A DNA stretch of 64,000 bases from an uncultured candidate division Zixibacteria bacterium (lineage in GTDB: Bacteria; Zixibacteria; MSB-5A5; GN15; PGXB01): assembly GCA_963702205.1 (NCBI GenBank), contig OY969724.1, positions 320,001 to 384,000 of the forward strand, read 5' to 3'. Every line of letters begins with the position of its first letter. The stretch's first letter is position 1. The notes beneath the pieces were generated by a model. That model worked only from the letters and a program-made list of their open reading frames with translations, was not told where the DNA came from and ran no database searches. This document shows positions 20,555-29,914 of the stretch, piece by piece. The position numbers and the translations under genes are program-made.

Positions 20555-21721
20555 ATGGAAATAATTCGTTTACTGATGACATTTGCAAACGCTTTAAAGG
20601 TATTTGAGACGTTTTTTATCACGCTATTTATTATCCACATTTCTGCGTCGGCGCCAAATGCAAGAGAGTCGATTTATTTAATTTATGGTCAGATCGGGAC
20701 AGATTTGTATCAAGGGATGCCTTTTCCGACAGAAATTTATAAATATGATACTACAAATCATTCGCTGGTGAAACTGTGGGCCACAAAAGAACATGATAGA
20801 ACCACCAATTTATTGAACCTTCCCGAATTAGGTAAGCTCGTCATCTACGAAAATAACAATGTATTTAAAATATTCGATTACTGGCATATGCCTGAATATG
20901 ACTCACTTGATCTGAGGCGCATGGGTCCGCTTAATGACCGATGCTATTATTTACACAGCAAAAAAAATAATGATCTGATTTTGATCCCCGACTATGATAT
21001 TGACCCCGTGAAAGGGCGCATTTTGGATGACAAGTATATCGATATTACTAACGGAAATGAATTGCATATCCGAGAAAATACTCTGAACGATTATGAAATG
21101 GTACCTGCAGGAATAATATCTCCTTTGGGAAACGGTACAGACAATATATGCACTATTAATATAGATTCATTAGGCGTTATTACCGCCAGATCGCTCATGA
21201 TCGATCTCGGATCCTATGTCGTCCCCAGTGATCTTATACAAACGAGCTCATCAAGGGGCTGGAATATTATAGCAAATGGGAATAATTATCTTGCGATATT
21301 ATCGGTACCCGAATTACATGGTTTATTCAATAGGGAGCTATTGATATACAATAAATTAAGTAGAAAATGGGCTTCAATTTTGATTCCGGGTGCAAGAACA
21401 GCGCCGACAATTGTAAACAATTTCCTTGCCGGTATTATTTCTGGAGTCGAGCCAAATACTTACGATGAGCTTCTAATTGGTAACCCGCCAAAATTAAGTG
21501 ACAGCACTGTGATTATCAACCCTATGACAGCGGTACAATTTACGGTAAAGCTTGGCGAGGATTCAGAAGTACTTTGGATCGAAAATTCTACTGCCTATTA
21601 TAGAGCAGGCAATTCATTGTTTACAGCCCAGATACAGGACAATAGCTTTGTAAATAAGCAACTAATTTTAAAAGATGAAAAAATAAAGCATATTCATTGG
21701 GTTTTTATGAATGACCAATGA
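20555..21721 (+). CDS. Hypothetical exported protein (beta-rich)
   Basis: 388-aa ORF with a hydrophobic N-terminal segment ending ASA; start uncertain. Confidence 0.7.
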   Translation: MEIIRLLMTFANALKVFETFFITLFIIHISASAPNARESIYLIYGQIGTDLYQGMPFPTEIYKYDTTNHSLVKLWATKEHDRTTNLLNLPELGKLVIYENNNVFKIFDYWHMPEYDSLDLRRMGPLNDRCYYLHSKKNNDLILIPDYDIDPVKGRILDDKYIDITNGNELHIRENTLNDYEMVPAGIISPLGNGTDNICTINIDSLGVITARSLMIDLGSYVVPSDLIQTSSSRGWNIIANGNNYLAILSVPELHGLFNRELLIYNKLSRKWASILIPGARTAPTIVNNFLAGIISGVEPNTYDELLIGNPPKLSDSTVIINPMTAVQFTVKLGEDSEVLWIENSTAYYRAGNSLFTAQIQDNSFVNKQLILKDEKIKHIHWVFMNDQ

Positions 21722-21810
21722 TACAGTACAAGGGGAAAGTGGTCCGACATTGCATGGCAAGGTGGAAATAAAGTAATCCGACAAGGAATGGCGGAGTACC
21801 TCAATATAAT

Positions 21811-22287
21811 ATGAATAAAAAGGCTGCCAATAATGGTTCATTAATAAAGGATATGACAAAAATATTACCATACGATCCTGGCGTTTTACCTACTGCTCAT
21901 GCTCCAAAAAAAGGTAGTCTCATAATTATTAAAGTCGATGGGTATCCACCATATAAGGATAGACATTTCTCGATCAGGAATTCAAAGCATAAAATTCACA
22001 AGAGATTTAAGTTATTGCGCCAAAACGCGGTCGAATGCATGAATGGACGAGCTCCATATAGAGAGGCCATTGGGCTAGATATAATTATGTATGCGCCTGG
22101 ATTTGAAACTCCAAAATCGATGCTAGACTACGTTGGAGGTATAATGGATTCTCTAGACGGATCACATGGCGTCAATTTTACCTACCTGCCAATTGTCTAT
22201 GAGGACGATTGTCAGATTGCCTCGCGCACAAGCCAAATTGTAATATCCAACGATACCAAATACGAAATAATCCTAAAGTTCTTATAA
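21811..22287 (+). CDS. RusA-like Holliday junction resolvase/endonuclease family protein (divergent)
   Basis: 158 aa; GIMDSL...IVYEDDCQI matches the RusA D-x-L...DD-x-Q-I pattern; the usual D-x-D-N...K segment is altered. Confidence 0.55.
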   Translation: MNKKAANNGSLIKDMTKILPYDPGVLPTAHAPKKGSLIIIKVDGYPPYKDRHFSIRNSKHKIHKRFKLLRQNAVECMNGRAPYREAIGLDIIMYAPGFETPKSMLDYVGGIMDSLDGSHGVNFTYLPIVYEDDCQIASRTSQIVISNDTKYEIILKFL

Positions 22288-22300
22288 TGATCGGTTCCAT

Positions 22301-22330
22301 GTTTGTCAGGAGCCGTGCGCTCCTGACAAA
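22301..22330 (+). repeat. Isolated REP-like palindrome (same core as the 35.8-36.1 kb cluster)
   Basis: TTT-GTCAGGAGC-CGTGC-GCTCCTGAC-AAA between convergent genes. Confidence 0.75.
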
Positions 22331-22340
22331 TAATCCTTCG

Positions 22341-23306
22341 TCAAACAACAATGACCACTTTTCCCCGGGTGTGGCCTTCTTCGACATGCTTGATCGCGTC
22401 AGGAGTTTCATTCAAGCTGTATTTCTTATCAATAATTGGTACGATCTTTTTGTTTTCCAGATGTTCCTTCAGATATGCCAGGGACGATTGGTTGATGTTC
22501 GCTATGAACGATACCATCTTCTTTCCCTTCATCTTCGCAATAAGGGGGTTGAAAATCAGCGATCCGAGGACGCTCGCCGTGGATGACGACCCGCCCACCG
22601 GGACATATATCCCGGCCGCTTTCAGCGCCTGCAGAGGCTTGCGCACAGAATAGTAAGCCGCATTATCGACGATCAGATCATATTTTTCTTCGCGCAGCCA
22701 ATAGTCTTCTTTCGTGTAGTCAATCACCTCGTCCGCACCGATGGACCGAACCATATCCGCGTTTCGTCCGCTGCAGACGCCTGTCACATGAGCCCCCAGC
22801 GCTTTGGCTATCTGTACTGCGAACGTCCCGACCCCGCCCGATGCGCCGTTGATCAAGACGTGCTGCCCGGATTGGAGCCGTCCCTTATCGCGAAGCGCCT
22901 GCAGTGCCGTGATGCCGGCGACCGGTGCGGCCGCCGCCTCTTCAAATGACACGCCCTCCGGCTTTGACACCGCGCTGTCTTCACGAATACACACAAACTC
23001 CGCGAATCCTCCCAGGCCGGAGCCAAAGACCTCGTCACCGACTTTGAATTGAGTCACGTCTTTGCCGACGGCTTCGACCGTACCGGCCACGTCGGCCCCC
23101 AGTACCTGGTGCTTCGGCTTCAAAATTCCGAAACCCATCAGGCGAACCAGAAAGGGTTCGCCGCGCAGGACGTGCCAATCCAGAGGATTGACCGACGCCG
23201 CGCGCACTTTGACAAGCAGTTGATGATTTTTTGGAACAGGCTTTTCGATTTCTTTCAGCTCAAGAATATCGGCGGACCCGTATGCGTCGCGAACAATCGC
23301 CTTCAT
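22341..23306 (-). CDS. NAD(P)-dependent alcohol dehydrogenase / quinone oxidoreductase (MDR superfamily)
   Basis: AASVNPLDW, GADVAGTVEAVG, INGASGGVGTFAVQIAK, GHTRGKVVI; GGAGG RBS before MKAIV at 23306. Confidence 0.95.
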   Translation of the reverse strand: MKAIVRDAYGSADILELKEIEKPVPKNHQLLVKVRAASVNPLDWHVLRGEPFLVRLMGFGILKPKHQVLGADVAGTVEAVGKDVTQFKVGDEVFGSGLGGFAEFVCIREDSAVSKPEGVSFEEAAAAPVAGITALQALRDKGRLQSGQHVLINGASGGVGTFAVQIAKALGAHVTGVCSGRNADMVRSIGADEVIDYTKEDYWLREEKYDLIVDNAAYYSVRKPLQALKAAGIYVPVGGSSSTASVLGSLIFNPLIAKMKGKKMVSFIANINQSSLAYLKEHLENKKIVPIIDKKYSLNETPDAIKHVEEGHTRGKVVIVV

Positions 23307-23554
23307 CGGACACCTCCAATTTGATAAACAATATAGCAATCACAGCAATTTGAAAACAAGATCAATGATGCGCTTCAAACAATCATTACGATATGAAAAG
23401 AAAAAAGTTTTGTCCGTCAAAATAGTGTTTGCAAAACTCCGCCTTCCCGCTTTTAATATATTAAGATGCAATAAGTGACTTATCCGGGTATGCGGGATAA
23501 TAGAGTGAACATAAATGACAAGCTTTCCAGACAACCAACTTGGGGCAAATTTCG

Positions 23555-23959
23555 ATGAAATCTCAAAATGACTCGATGCTCATCGCCCAGTGCGGGATGA
23601 ATTGCGGGATCTGTGCCGCGTATTTAAGAACCAAAAATAAATGTTTCGGTTGCAAAATATCGGACGTCGGCAAAACCGAAGCCCGGCTTAGATGCAAGAT
23701 TTTAAATTGCGGCGTTTCCGGTGCCGATAAAGTAGAATTTTGTTTTCAGTGCGATGCTTTCCCCTGCGATAAAATAAAACACCTTGATAAAAGATACCGG
23801 ACCAAGTACGCCATGAGCATGATCGAAAATCTTCTCGATATCAAGGAGCTCGGTATCAGGAAATTCCTGGCCAATGAACATAAAAGATGGCTCTGCCCGC
23901 GCTGCGGCGGAACCATTTGCGTCCATAAAGGCTATTGTCTTACCTGCGGAAAGCTATAG
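23555..23959 (+). CDS. DUF3795-like Cys-rich protein
   Basis: CGMNCGIC...CFGC...C...C...FCFQCDAFPC and a C-terminal CPRCG...CLTC. Confidence 0.8.
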   Translation: MKSQNDSMLIAQCGMNCGICAAYLRTKNKCFGCKISDVGKTEARLRCKILNCGVSGADKVEFCFQCDAFPCDKIKHLDKRYRTKYAMSMIENLLDIKELGIRKFLANEHKRWLCPRCGGTICVHKGYCLTCGKL

Positions 23960-24287
23960 GTTCATAAAGCACATTTTGACCGGGGCGGCCCGACAATATA
24001 TGTCGCATTTCTTTAAGTCAGTCTAATTTTTAGGTTAGTCGCAGACCCGAATTATCAGATCAACTATCGTATTCTTAATATGAACATTCCGACAAAAATC
24101 CTACCGGCGGGTCTGGCTCCGAATATTAAGGTCGACAAATCCAGGGATCTTAGAAACGAACACTCTCCATAAAGCCCTTCATCTTCTCTCCTATCCAGGA
24201 CGTAACTTTCTTTATATTTCTTACACCGACCGGGGAAGTTGTGGGTAAGTCATATATACTAAAATCGTGCACGAAAGGATCGTTAAT

Positions 24288-24827
24288 ATGAAAACTTCGA
24301 AAAAAGTACAATCATTCTTGCTTCCCGCTGTCTTGCTGCTGATCGGCATTATTTATTACGGATGCAGCAACAAGGCGAAAACACAAACTAATACCGACAA
24401 AACCGAAACACAAACCGTCACCGCCGATGCCGACACGGTTAAATTAGAAATAGCCGGAAATGACCAGATGCAATATGATAAGAAAGAGCTGCGGGCAAAA
24501 GCGGGAGCTGAAGTGGAACTTACTTTGAAACATGTCGGGTCGTTGCCCAAAGCCGCCATGGGCCACAATTGGACTTTATTGAAACCGGGCGTTGACATGG
24601 CGAAATTCGCCCAGGACGCTATGACCGCCAAAGACAACGACTATATTCCGCCCAGCCGTACCGGAGATATCATCGCTCATACAAAACTGCTCGGTGGCGG
24701 TGAATCCGACACGATTTATTTTAAAGCGCCGCCAATCGGGACCTATACTTTCATGTGTACTTTCCCCGCTCATTATATGACTATGCACGGGAATTTTATT
24801 GTCGGGAATACTGCACCATCAGAGTGA
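24288..24827 (+). CDS. azu: Azurin-family blue copper lipoprotein
   Basis: Lipobox-like YYGC; GNDQMQY, MGHNW, IIAHTKLLGGGESD and the copper ligand loop CTFPAHYMTM. Confidence 0.92.
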   Translation: MKTSKKVQSFLLPAVLLLIGIIYYGCSNKAKTQTNTDKTETQTVTADADTVKLEIAGNDQMQYDKKELRAKAGAEVELTLKHVGSLPKAAMGHNWTLLKPGVDMAKFAQDAMTAKDNDYIPPSRTGDIIAHTKLLGGGESDTIYFKAPPIGTYTFMCTFPAHYMTMHGNFIVGNTAPSE

Positions 24828-24873
24828 TAATCAGGATAGCGCGGCTTCCGGGGTTCGTTGAAAATGGCTGCCG

Positions 24874-24907
24874 GGTCATGCGTCCCGATGAATCGGGATG
24901 CACGACC
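24874..24907. repeat. Hairpin between the convergent azurin and TonB receptor genes
   Basis: GGTCATGCGTCCCGA-TGAA-TCGGGATGCACGACC imperfect inverted repeat; terminator or REP-like element. Confidence 0.5.
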
Positions 24908-24970
24908 TGACAGAACGGATGAGGTTTTGAGATACCAAAACCACGCGAAAGTACGCGCTGTCACAGCACG

Positions 24971-27478
24971 TTACACCCCAACCTCCACTTTGACCTGCAC
25001 ATTTCGCGGGCGTCCGTAGGACGCACCGCTGAAGAAAGCACCCTTTAGGATATACTTGCTGTCGAAGACGTTCCCCACGTACACCTGCGGCCGGACGATT
25101 GTATTGCCGAACAGGAAGGAATATCCGGCGCTGGCGTTGAAGATAAAATTGGGGTCGACGTGGATGCTTCGGTTGAAGTCGAAAAGCCCGGTGCCGATTG
25201 GATTTTCGATATCGGCGCCATTGGTTAATCCGCTGCCATAGATGCCAGTTGCGCTGACAAACAGGCGATTCAGCGAATAAGTGGCGGAGGCCACCATTGA
25301 AATACGCTGGTCGTGGTCAAGATCGAACCATCCTCCGGGAACGTCGGCGACGTCGGTGGGGAAAAAACCTCCGGTAATCGGCCCACTGCCGTACGCATGG
25401 CACAGGGCGAAGTTCAGATAGCCCGAAAGCGGCCCCGGTGGCCGCACTTCGGCGACGAATTCCAACCCCGTAATCCGTACCCGTGCCAGATTGACGGAGG
25501 TCGTAATCGCGGATCCCGGCACGCTATTGTCGTCGATTCCGGGCAGGCTGGATTTGTAGTACATAGAAATTTTTGTCAATACCCCGGCCGGAAAACGATG
25601 AATAAAACCCGCTTCAAAAAAATCATCACGTTCCGGAAGCGTCGGTGAAGTAACCACTCCCGAATCGGCGACACTCGTGATTGCCCGAAGGTCCTCGACG
25701 TTGGTCGGGACAAAAAGTCGGCCATAGTACAAATAGATAGTGCTGGCCGGATTTGGAAACAGGCTCAACTTAAAGCGCGGGCTGAGTTGATTCTGACTCG
25801 GCGCGAATGGCGCTTTGTGTACATCATAGCGCAAGCCGGTGCGAATTTCGGTCCATTCATAGGGCGCCCAGACGGTTTGCGCATAGGCGGCAAAGTCATG
25901 CCCGTTCAAGTCGGAATTGGAAACGGGGCCGTTGTTACCGTCGGCGTCGGCGGTCGTAAAAAGCTCGTGTCCGCTCGTTACGGATCCGGTAAGACCGATC
26001 TTGAACTCGGTTTTATGGGCCGGACGCCAGCGGTAGTCCAGCTTTAATCCCTGGATGTCGAAGGAGCGATCCTCGCTCAGGTTGTATGGCGTCGTGTCCG
26101 GATAGAAAATGAACGATGGGTCATCGTAAGCACCAGGCGAATAAACCAGGCTTCCGTGCCTGTAAAAGGCCCCCGCGAATAATTCCGATCCGCGTTCCTG
26201 GCCGGACTCGTCGACTCTGAATTGATGCCGCCAGCTCAGGTTGATAAAGCTATTTACATCTTTTTGGTGATCGTCGGAATGAATATCCCCGGTCGAATCG
26301 TACGGAATCTGGAACTTCGTTTGCGAAAGATTCGCGTCGAGATACAATAAGTCCCGGGATGAGGGAATGTATTGGAGCTTGCCAAATCCCGAGAAATCTT
26401 TGCCATAATTGTGGAAATTAACCGGCGCTTTCGTAACCGAGTCGCCGACGACGGGTTCTTGTCGCATCATCGTCTCCTGGCGACTACCGGAGATCAGCCA
26501 CCCCCATTGTCCCATATTCTTGCTAAGGTTGACAGCCTGGCCGTCGCTGCCATTGGAACCGGCATATGACGAGAAATCGGCGCGACCCGTCGGGATGCGG
26601 GTCAGGACGTTTATTATAGCGGCATTCTTGCCTCCGTATTCCGCGTCCCACCCTCCGGTCTGGAAATCAATCCGATTAACCATAGCCGGATCGAACAACT
26701 CGTTGAGGCTGCCCGAAATCCCGGATGGAACCGGAACGCCGTCCACATAGTACGTGTACTCCGCATGCTGCCCCCTTATGTGCACTTCGCCGGTAGGCGC
26801 CCGGGCGGCACCCGCGATCGATTCCTGGAGAATCTGAGAAGTCGTATTGACCGGAGCGCCGTGGTATTCGTTCTGCTGAAACACCTGGTCGCCGGTTCTC
26901 GTATCGACGGCGACCGGAGCGTGGGCGGTAACCTTGATGGACTCAAGCGTTATGGCCGCCTGTTTCAGGCGGAAGGCGACCGATGTTATTTCAGTTCCAG
27001 AAACAATCTTCACGGTTAGCGTTTCGGGCTGGAACCCGACAAAACTCGCCACCGCCGAGTACGTTCCCGGAGTCAGATTGTGAATTGTGAAATGGCCGAA
27101 TTGATCGCTTGGAACGCAGACAATTTGTCGACCGTCGCGATTGATGCAGATATCAACTCCTTCGAACGGGGTGGCGCTCGAACTGTCCGTGACGGTACCG
27201 GCGAGATTGCCGGGGTCGGATCCGCCGTCGGCCAACTTCGTGTCCTTCGATTTGGAAGTCGTTGCCGATGCCAATAGCGCAGCGGAATCCGAATTCACAG
27301 GCCGGGAATGCCGCAGAGACTGTGCCGGTGCGGCCGTCGGCATGAAACCATAGCCGGTAAACAAGATCAGTACTGCAATTAAGCAGCGTCGACAGGAAAT
27401 CGTGATTCTATTCATCCTGGAGTTATCCTTTCTAACTATTTCTCGCCATACCGAATCAGACCGCTCCAATATTGGCAC
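24971..27478 (-). CDS. TonB-dependent receptor with N-terminal carboxypeptidase-regulatory-like domain
   Basis: Signal peptide; GTVTDS...GHFTIHNLTPGTY; plug motif HIRG...YYVDGVP, TGGWDAEYG; GLRYD, LSPR; terminal GRPRNVQVKVEVGV. The true start may be MNRIT at 27415. Confidence 0.92.
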   Translation of the reverse strand: MPILERSDSVWREIVRKDNSRMNRITISCRRCLIAVLILFTGYGFMPTAAPAQSLRHSRPVNSDSAALLASATTSKSKDTKLADGGSDPGNLAGTVTDSSSATPFEGVDICINRDGRQIVCVPSDQFGHFTIHNLTPGTYSAVASFVGFQPETLTVKIVSGTEITSVAFRLKQAAITLESIKVTAHAPVAVDTRTGDQVFQQNEYHGAPVNTTSQILQESIAGAARAPTGEVHIRGQHAEYTYYVDGVPVPSGISGSLNELFDPAMVNRIDFQTGGWDAEYGGKNAAIINVLTRIPTGRADFSSYAGSNGSDGQAVNLSKNMGQWGWLISGSRQETMMRQEPVVGDSVTKAPVNFHNYGKDFSGFGKLQYIPSSRDLLYLDANLSQTKFQIPYDSTGDIHSDDHQKDVNSFINLSWRHQFRVDESGQERGSELFAGAFYRHGSLVYSPGAYDDPSFIFYPDTTPYNLSEDRSFDIQGLKLDYRWRPAHKTEFKIGLTGSVTSGHELFTTADADGNNGPVSNSDLNGHDFAAYAQTVWAPYEWTEIRTGLRYDVHKAPFAPSQNQLSPRFKLSLFPNPASTIYLYYGRLFVPTNVEDLRAITSVADSGVVTSPTLPERDDFFEAGFIHRFPAGVLTKISMYYKSSLPGIDDNSVPGSAITTSVNLARVRITGLEFVAEVRPPGPLSGYLNFALCHAYGSGPITGGFFPTDVADVPGGWFDLDHDQRISMVASATYSLNRLFVSATGIYGSGLTNGADIENPIGTGLFDFNRSIHVDPNFIFNASAGYSFLFGNTIVRPQVYVGNVFDSKYILKGAFFSGASYGRPRNVQVKVEVGV

Positions 27479-27594
27479 GCGCGGAGGTATGTTTGATACA
27501 ACATGACACCGCGTACAGTAACATCATTCCGGAACGCAGCCAGGTTCGATCCTGTCGATCCGTGCAGGCAAGAGGTAATGATTAAAAATGCTGA

Positions 27595-28008
27595 TTAGAC
27601 AGTCAGAAAGGTAGCGGGCGGGGCACGAAGCAGCGCCGACGATCTAAAGGTCGAAATCGGAAACGACCCTGCTATTGGAGTCAACGCAAACGAAACCGTG
27701 GAGATCAGCGGCAGGGTGCTGTGTATCGGCCAGCCCCCCAACTCACCCTGGGTCCGGCAGAACTGGCAAGTGTTTGAGTCGTGACCGGGCTCTCCCCTGA
27801 CCTCATCCGATTGGCAGAAATAGTCCCGTGTCGAATATGATGACGGTTCATGCGTGAGAACGTGGGCCGGAAGCAGCCAGACGAAAAACAGCGCCAGGTA
27901 GATTGATATGACCCGCCTTAAGAATTTGTCAAAACTACGAAAAGACTTTATCAAGTTCGATCTTCGGCCCTTTGAGGAGACCTGTAATTGAAGGGATTTG
28001 AGAAACAT
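27595..28008 (-). CDS. DUF2946-like (CruR/CutF-type) leader protein with CxxC and C-terminal RAPP motif
   Basis: Hydrophobic N-region, HVLTH, HDSNTCQFC and LLRAPPATFLTV (RAPP at 27616-27627), directly upstream of the TonB receptor. Start is ATG 28008 or TTG 27954. Confidence 0.75.
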   Translation of the reverse strand: MFLKSLQLQVSSKGRRSNLIKSFRSFDKFLRRVISIYLALFFVWLLPAHVLTHEPSSYSTRDYFCQSDEVRGEPGHDSNTCQFCRTQGELGGWPIHSTLPLISTVSFALTPIAGSFPISTFRSSALLRAPPATFLTV

Positions 28009-28012
28009 ATCT

Positions 28013-28399
28013 TCAGTCGCCCGCCTTACCATCGGGCATCGAGGTGCTCGGGGAGGAAAAAATTTCTCGGTGACCGTCCGGGTAGAGCACAGCAAATTCC
28101 CGTAAACCGTACCAGTAGTCCTCGGGGCCCCATTCAACCGTCACCTGGTTTTCGAGCCTGTGGAATCCAGAAGAGGCGTCCTCCACCGCGAGCCAAACGG
28201 TCATGGTCCCCAATGGATGATGACTATCGGCTTCGACAAGTTGAAGTCTGACGTCGTCTTTTTTCAAAATCATAAACGACTTATTTGACGCGGTGTCGGC
28301 ATCAGCGGAAGAAAGGCCGGGAAATCCGCAGTAGAACTTGTACGATTCGGCTATGTCGGAGAGCGGGAGACGTGGTACAATATCCAGTAGTTTTGTCAT
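28013..28399 (-). CDS. VOC/glyoxalase/bleomycin-resistance family protein
   Basis: VPRLPLSDIAESYKFY...WGPEDYWYGLREFAVLYPDGH. Confidence 0.85.
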   Translation of the reverse strand: MTKLLDIVPRLPLSDIAESYKFYCGFPGLSSADADTASNKSFMILKKDDVRLQLVEADSHHPLGTMTVWLAVEDASSGFHRLENQVTVEWGPEDYWYGLREFAVLYPDGHREIFSSPSTSMPDGKAGD

Positions 28400-28493
28400 A
28401 TTCGATTCCGTTTGTTCATTTCGGGTTATTATCTTTATACGTAATCGGGAAACCCAATCGCAATATTTGGAAAAATCCGCGTGCCTGATGGAT

Positions 28494-28523
28494 AAAAACC
28501 CGAATCAAACTTGATCCGGGTTT
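28494..28523 (-). terminator. Intrinsic terminator
   Basis: Minus strand AAACCCGGATCAAGTTTGATTCGGGTTTTT downstream of the 28551-28931 gene. Confidence 0.65.
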
Positions 28524-28550
28524 GCAGATGAAACTATTTAATTCTATATA

Positions 28551-28931
28551 TTAGCCGGTTTTACCGGCGCCGACAACTTCACCAGCCGGGACATCATGAT
28601 AATCGAGAATCCTTTCGTTTTCCGGCATCGGGTGCGACACGTCAATCCCGTGGGCTTCGATCAGGATTTTATCCCTGAACCACTTGTCGAACGGGTCGTT
28701 CGATTTCAGGAGGGAGGCGAAGGCCTTCTGAGGATTGTCGCCGCCGATCATGACGACACACATGTCACCCTTCGGAGTGCGTTGCAGATAAACCTTTTCT
28801 TTCTTGATACCGGCCTTTCTCCGCGACGTTTTGTACTCCTCGAATCTCGGCCCGGTAATTTCCTTCACATAATTCTTCCAGGTTTCCGTCTTGCCCGCCG
28901 CGAGCGGCGCAGCAAAAAGATACGTGTTCAT
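28551..28931 (-). CDS. Hypothetical protein (dimeric alpha/beta-barrel-like)
   Basis: 126-aa ORF with GGAG RBS; SRRKAGIKKEKVYLQRTP and PFDKWF motifs. Confidence 0.75.
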   Translation of the reverse strand: MNTYLFAAPLAAGKTETWKNYVKEITGPRFEEYKTSRRKAGIKKEKVYLQRTPKGDMCVVMIGGDNPQKAFASLLKSNDPFDKWFRDKILIEAHGIDVSHPMPENERILDYHDVPAGEVVGAGKTG

Positions 28932-29120
28932 AAACGCTCCTTGTTCATAGGTCAAGGTCAGTTCTGTTTGAGTAACTATATTGGCAAAACAAATTCGGTG
29001 TCGATATAGTTCCCGGTGCTAGATTTCTCCTGATTCCAACCGGTTTCTCTTCGTAAAGTACTGTGTCCTCGGAAAATCCGTAAACGGTGCGACGCCGCCC
29101 GGTAATGTCGATATGTTTGA

Positions 29121-29639
29121 CTATTTTATCAAATTGTACGAATTCCTGATGTAATCAATCATGCTATGGCCCGCCTTGTTTCGCTTTCTTAATTCGACAA
29201 TAATCACTGCGACAAGTGCAATCAACCATACCAAGACGCCGTACTTAAAGATGAACGACGTCAGGTATCTGACTCCGGACTGCGGCCACGCCGCCACGGG
29301 TTTGGCGTAAGACGTATTCGGCAGTCACTCTCCGTAGAAGGATTTCCTCCAGATCAGGTGCCACGGCGGAATTAGAATCGACAGGATCGACAGTACCCCT
29401 TCGAGATTAATTCTTCCCGCCCGCCAATCTCCCGGTACGGACAATAGCAGACTCAGGATTGTACTTATCACGGCCATTATGCCGTCGGGTCGGGCCCGTT
29501 ACACCGCCGTCGCGGTGCCCGTCATCGCCAGCCGCCATTTATAGGTCTGTGTATTGCCGGCGATTGCGACCACAAGCCAGGCCGAGAAACGGAAATTGAA
29601 CAGCGCCGTCTCCAGCCCCGAACTGGTCCAGGTCAGAAA
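29121..29639 (-). pseudogene. Remnant of a GT-C-type membrane glycosyltransferase
   Basis: Manual translation of one frame gives FLTWTSSGLETALF...TAV*RARPDG...WRKSFYGE*LPNTSYAK..., with stops at 29499-29501 and 29325-29327; the N-terminal part of the gene is missing. Confidence 0.75.
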
Positions 29640-29914
29640 TTTCGCAAGAAATTCGGGGCCTCCGGGCAAACGAGACAACCTAATTAACGAATCTTGTCAA
29701 TTTTGAAGTTGCGCCCCCTCGACAATTATTGCAAACTGATTTTGACAAAACTGCCGTATCTGCATTTCGATGTCGACGAAATCGAACGCATCCCGAAAGG
29801 CCGGAAAGTGTTTGATTTATTCGCAAGCGTTGTGTATACTTCTCAATCGCCGGGCGAAAGATAACTCGGTTTTGATACGTTGTAGGGTCTTTGAAAAAGC
29901 TTGGGTAAGGACTT

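Larger units (their letters stand above)
1..22300. mobile_element. Putative integrative element / genomic island (primase-encoding), left end outside the window, right end approximate
   Basis: AEP primase-PriCT-P-loop gene at the left; visibly AT-rich sequence (strongest 2.4-9.3 kb and 20.2-22.3 kb) against the GC-richer genes from ~22.3 kb on; RusA-like gene near the right edge. No integrase or att site seen, so the boundaries are inferred, and 9.3-20.2 kb could be host sequence. Confidence 0.5.

Noticed and set aside
1..22300. Intact prophage
   Set aside because: No terminase, capsid, tail or lysis genes recognised.
29325..29327. TGA at an expected Trp position suggesting an alternative genetic code or selenocysteine
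   Set aside because: The same frame has a TAA stop and lacks its N-terminal part, and TGA ends normal genes in this window.
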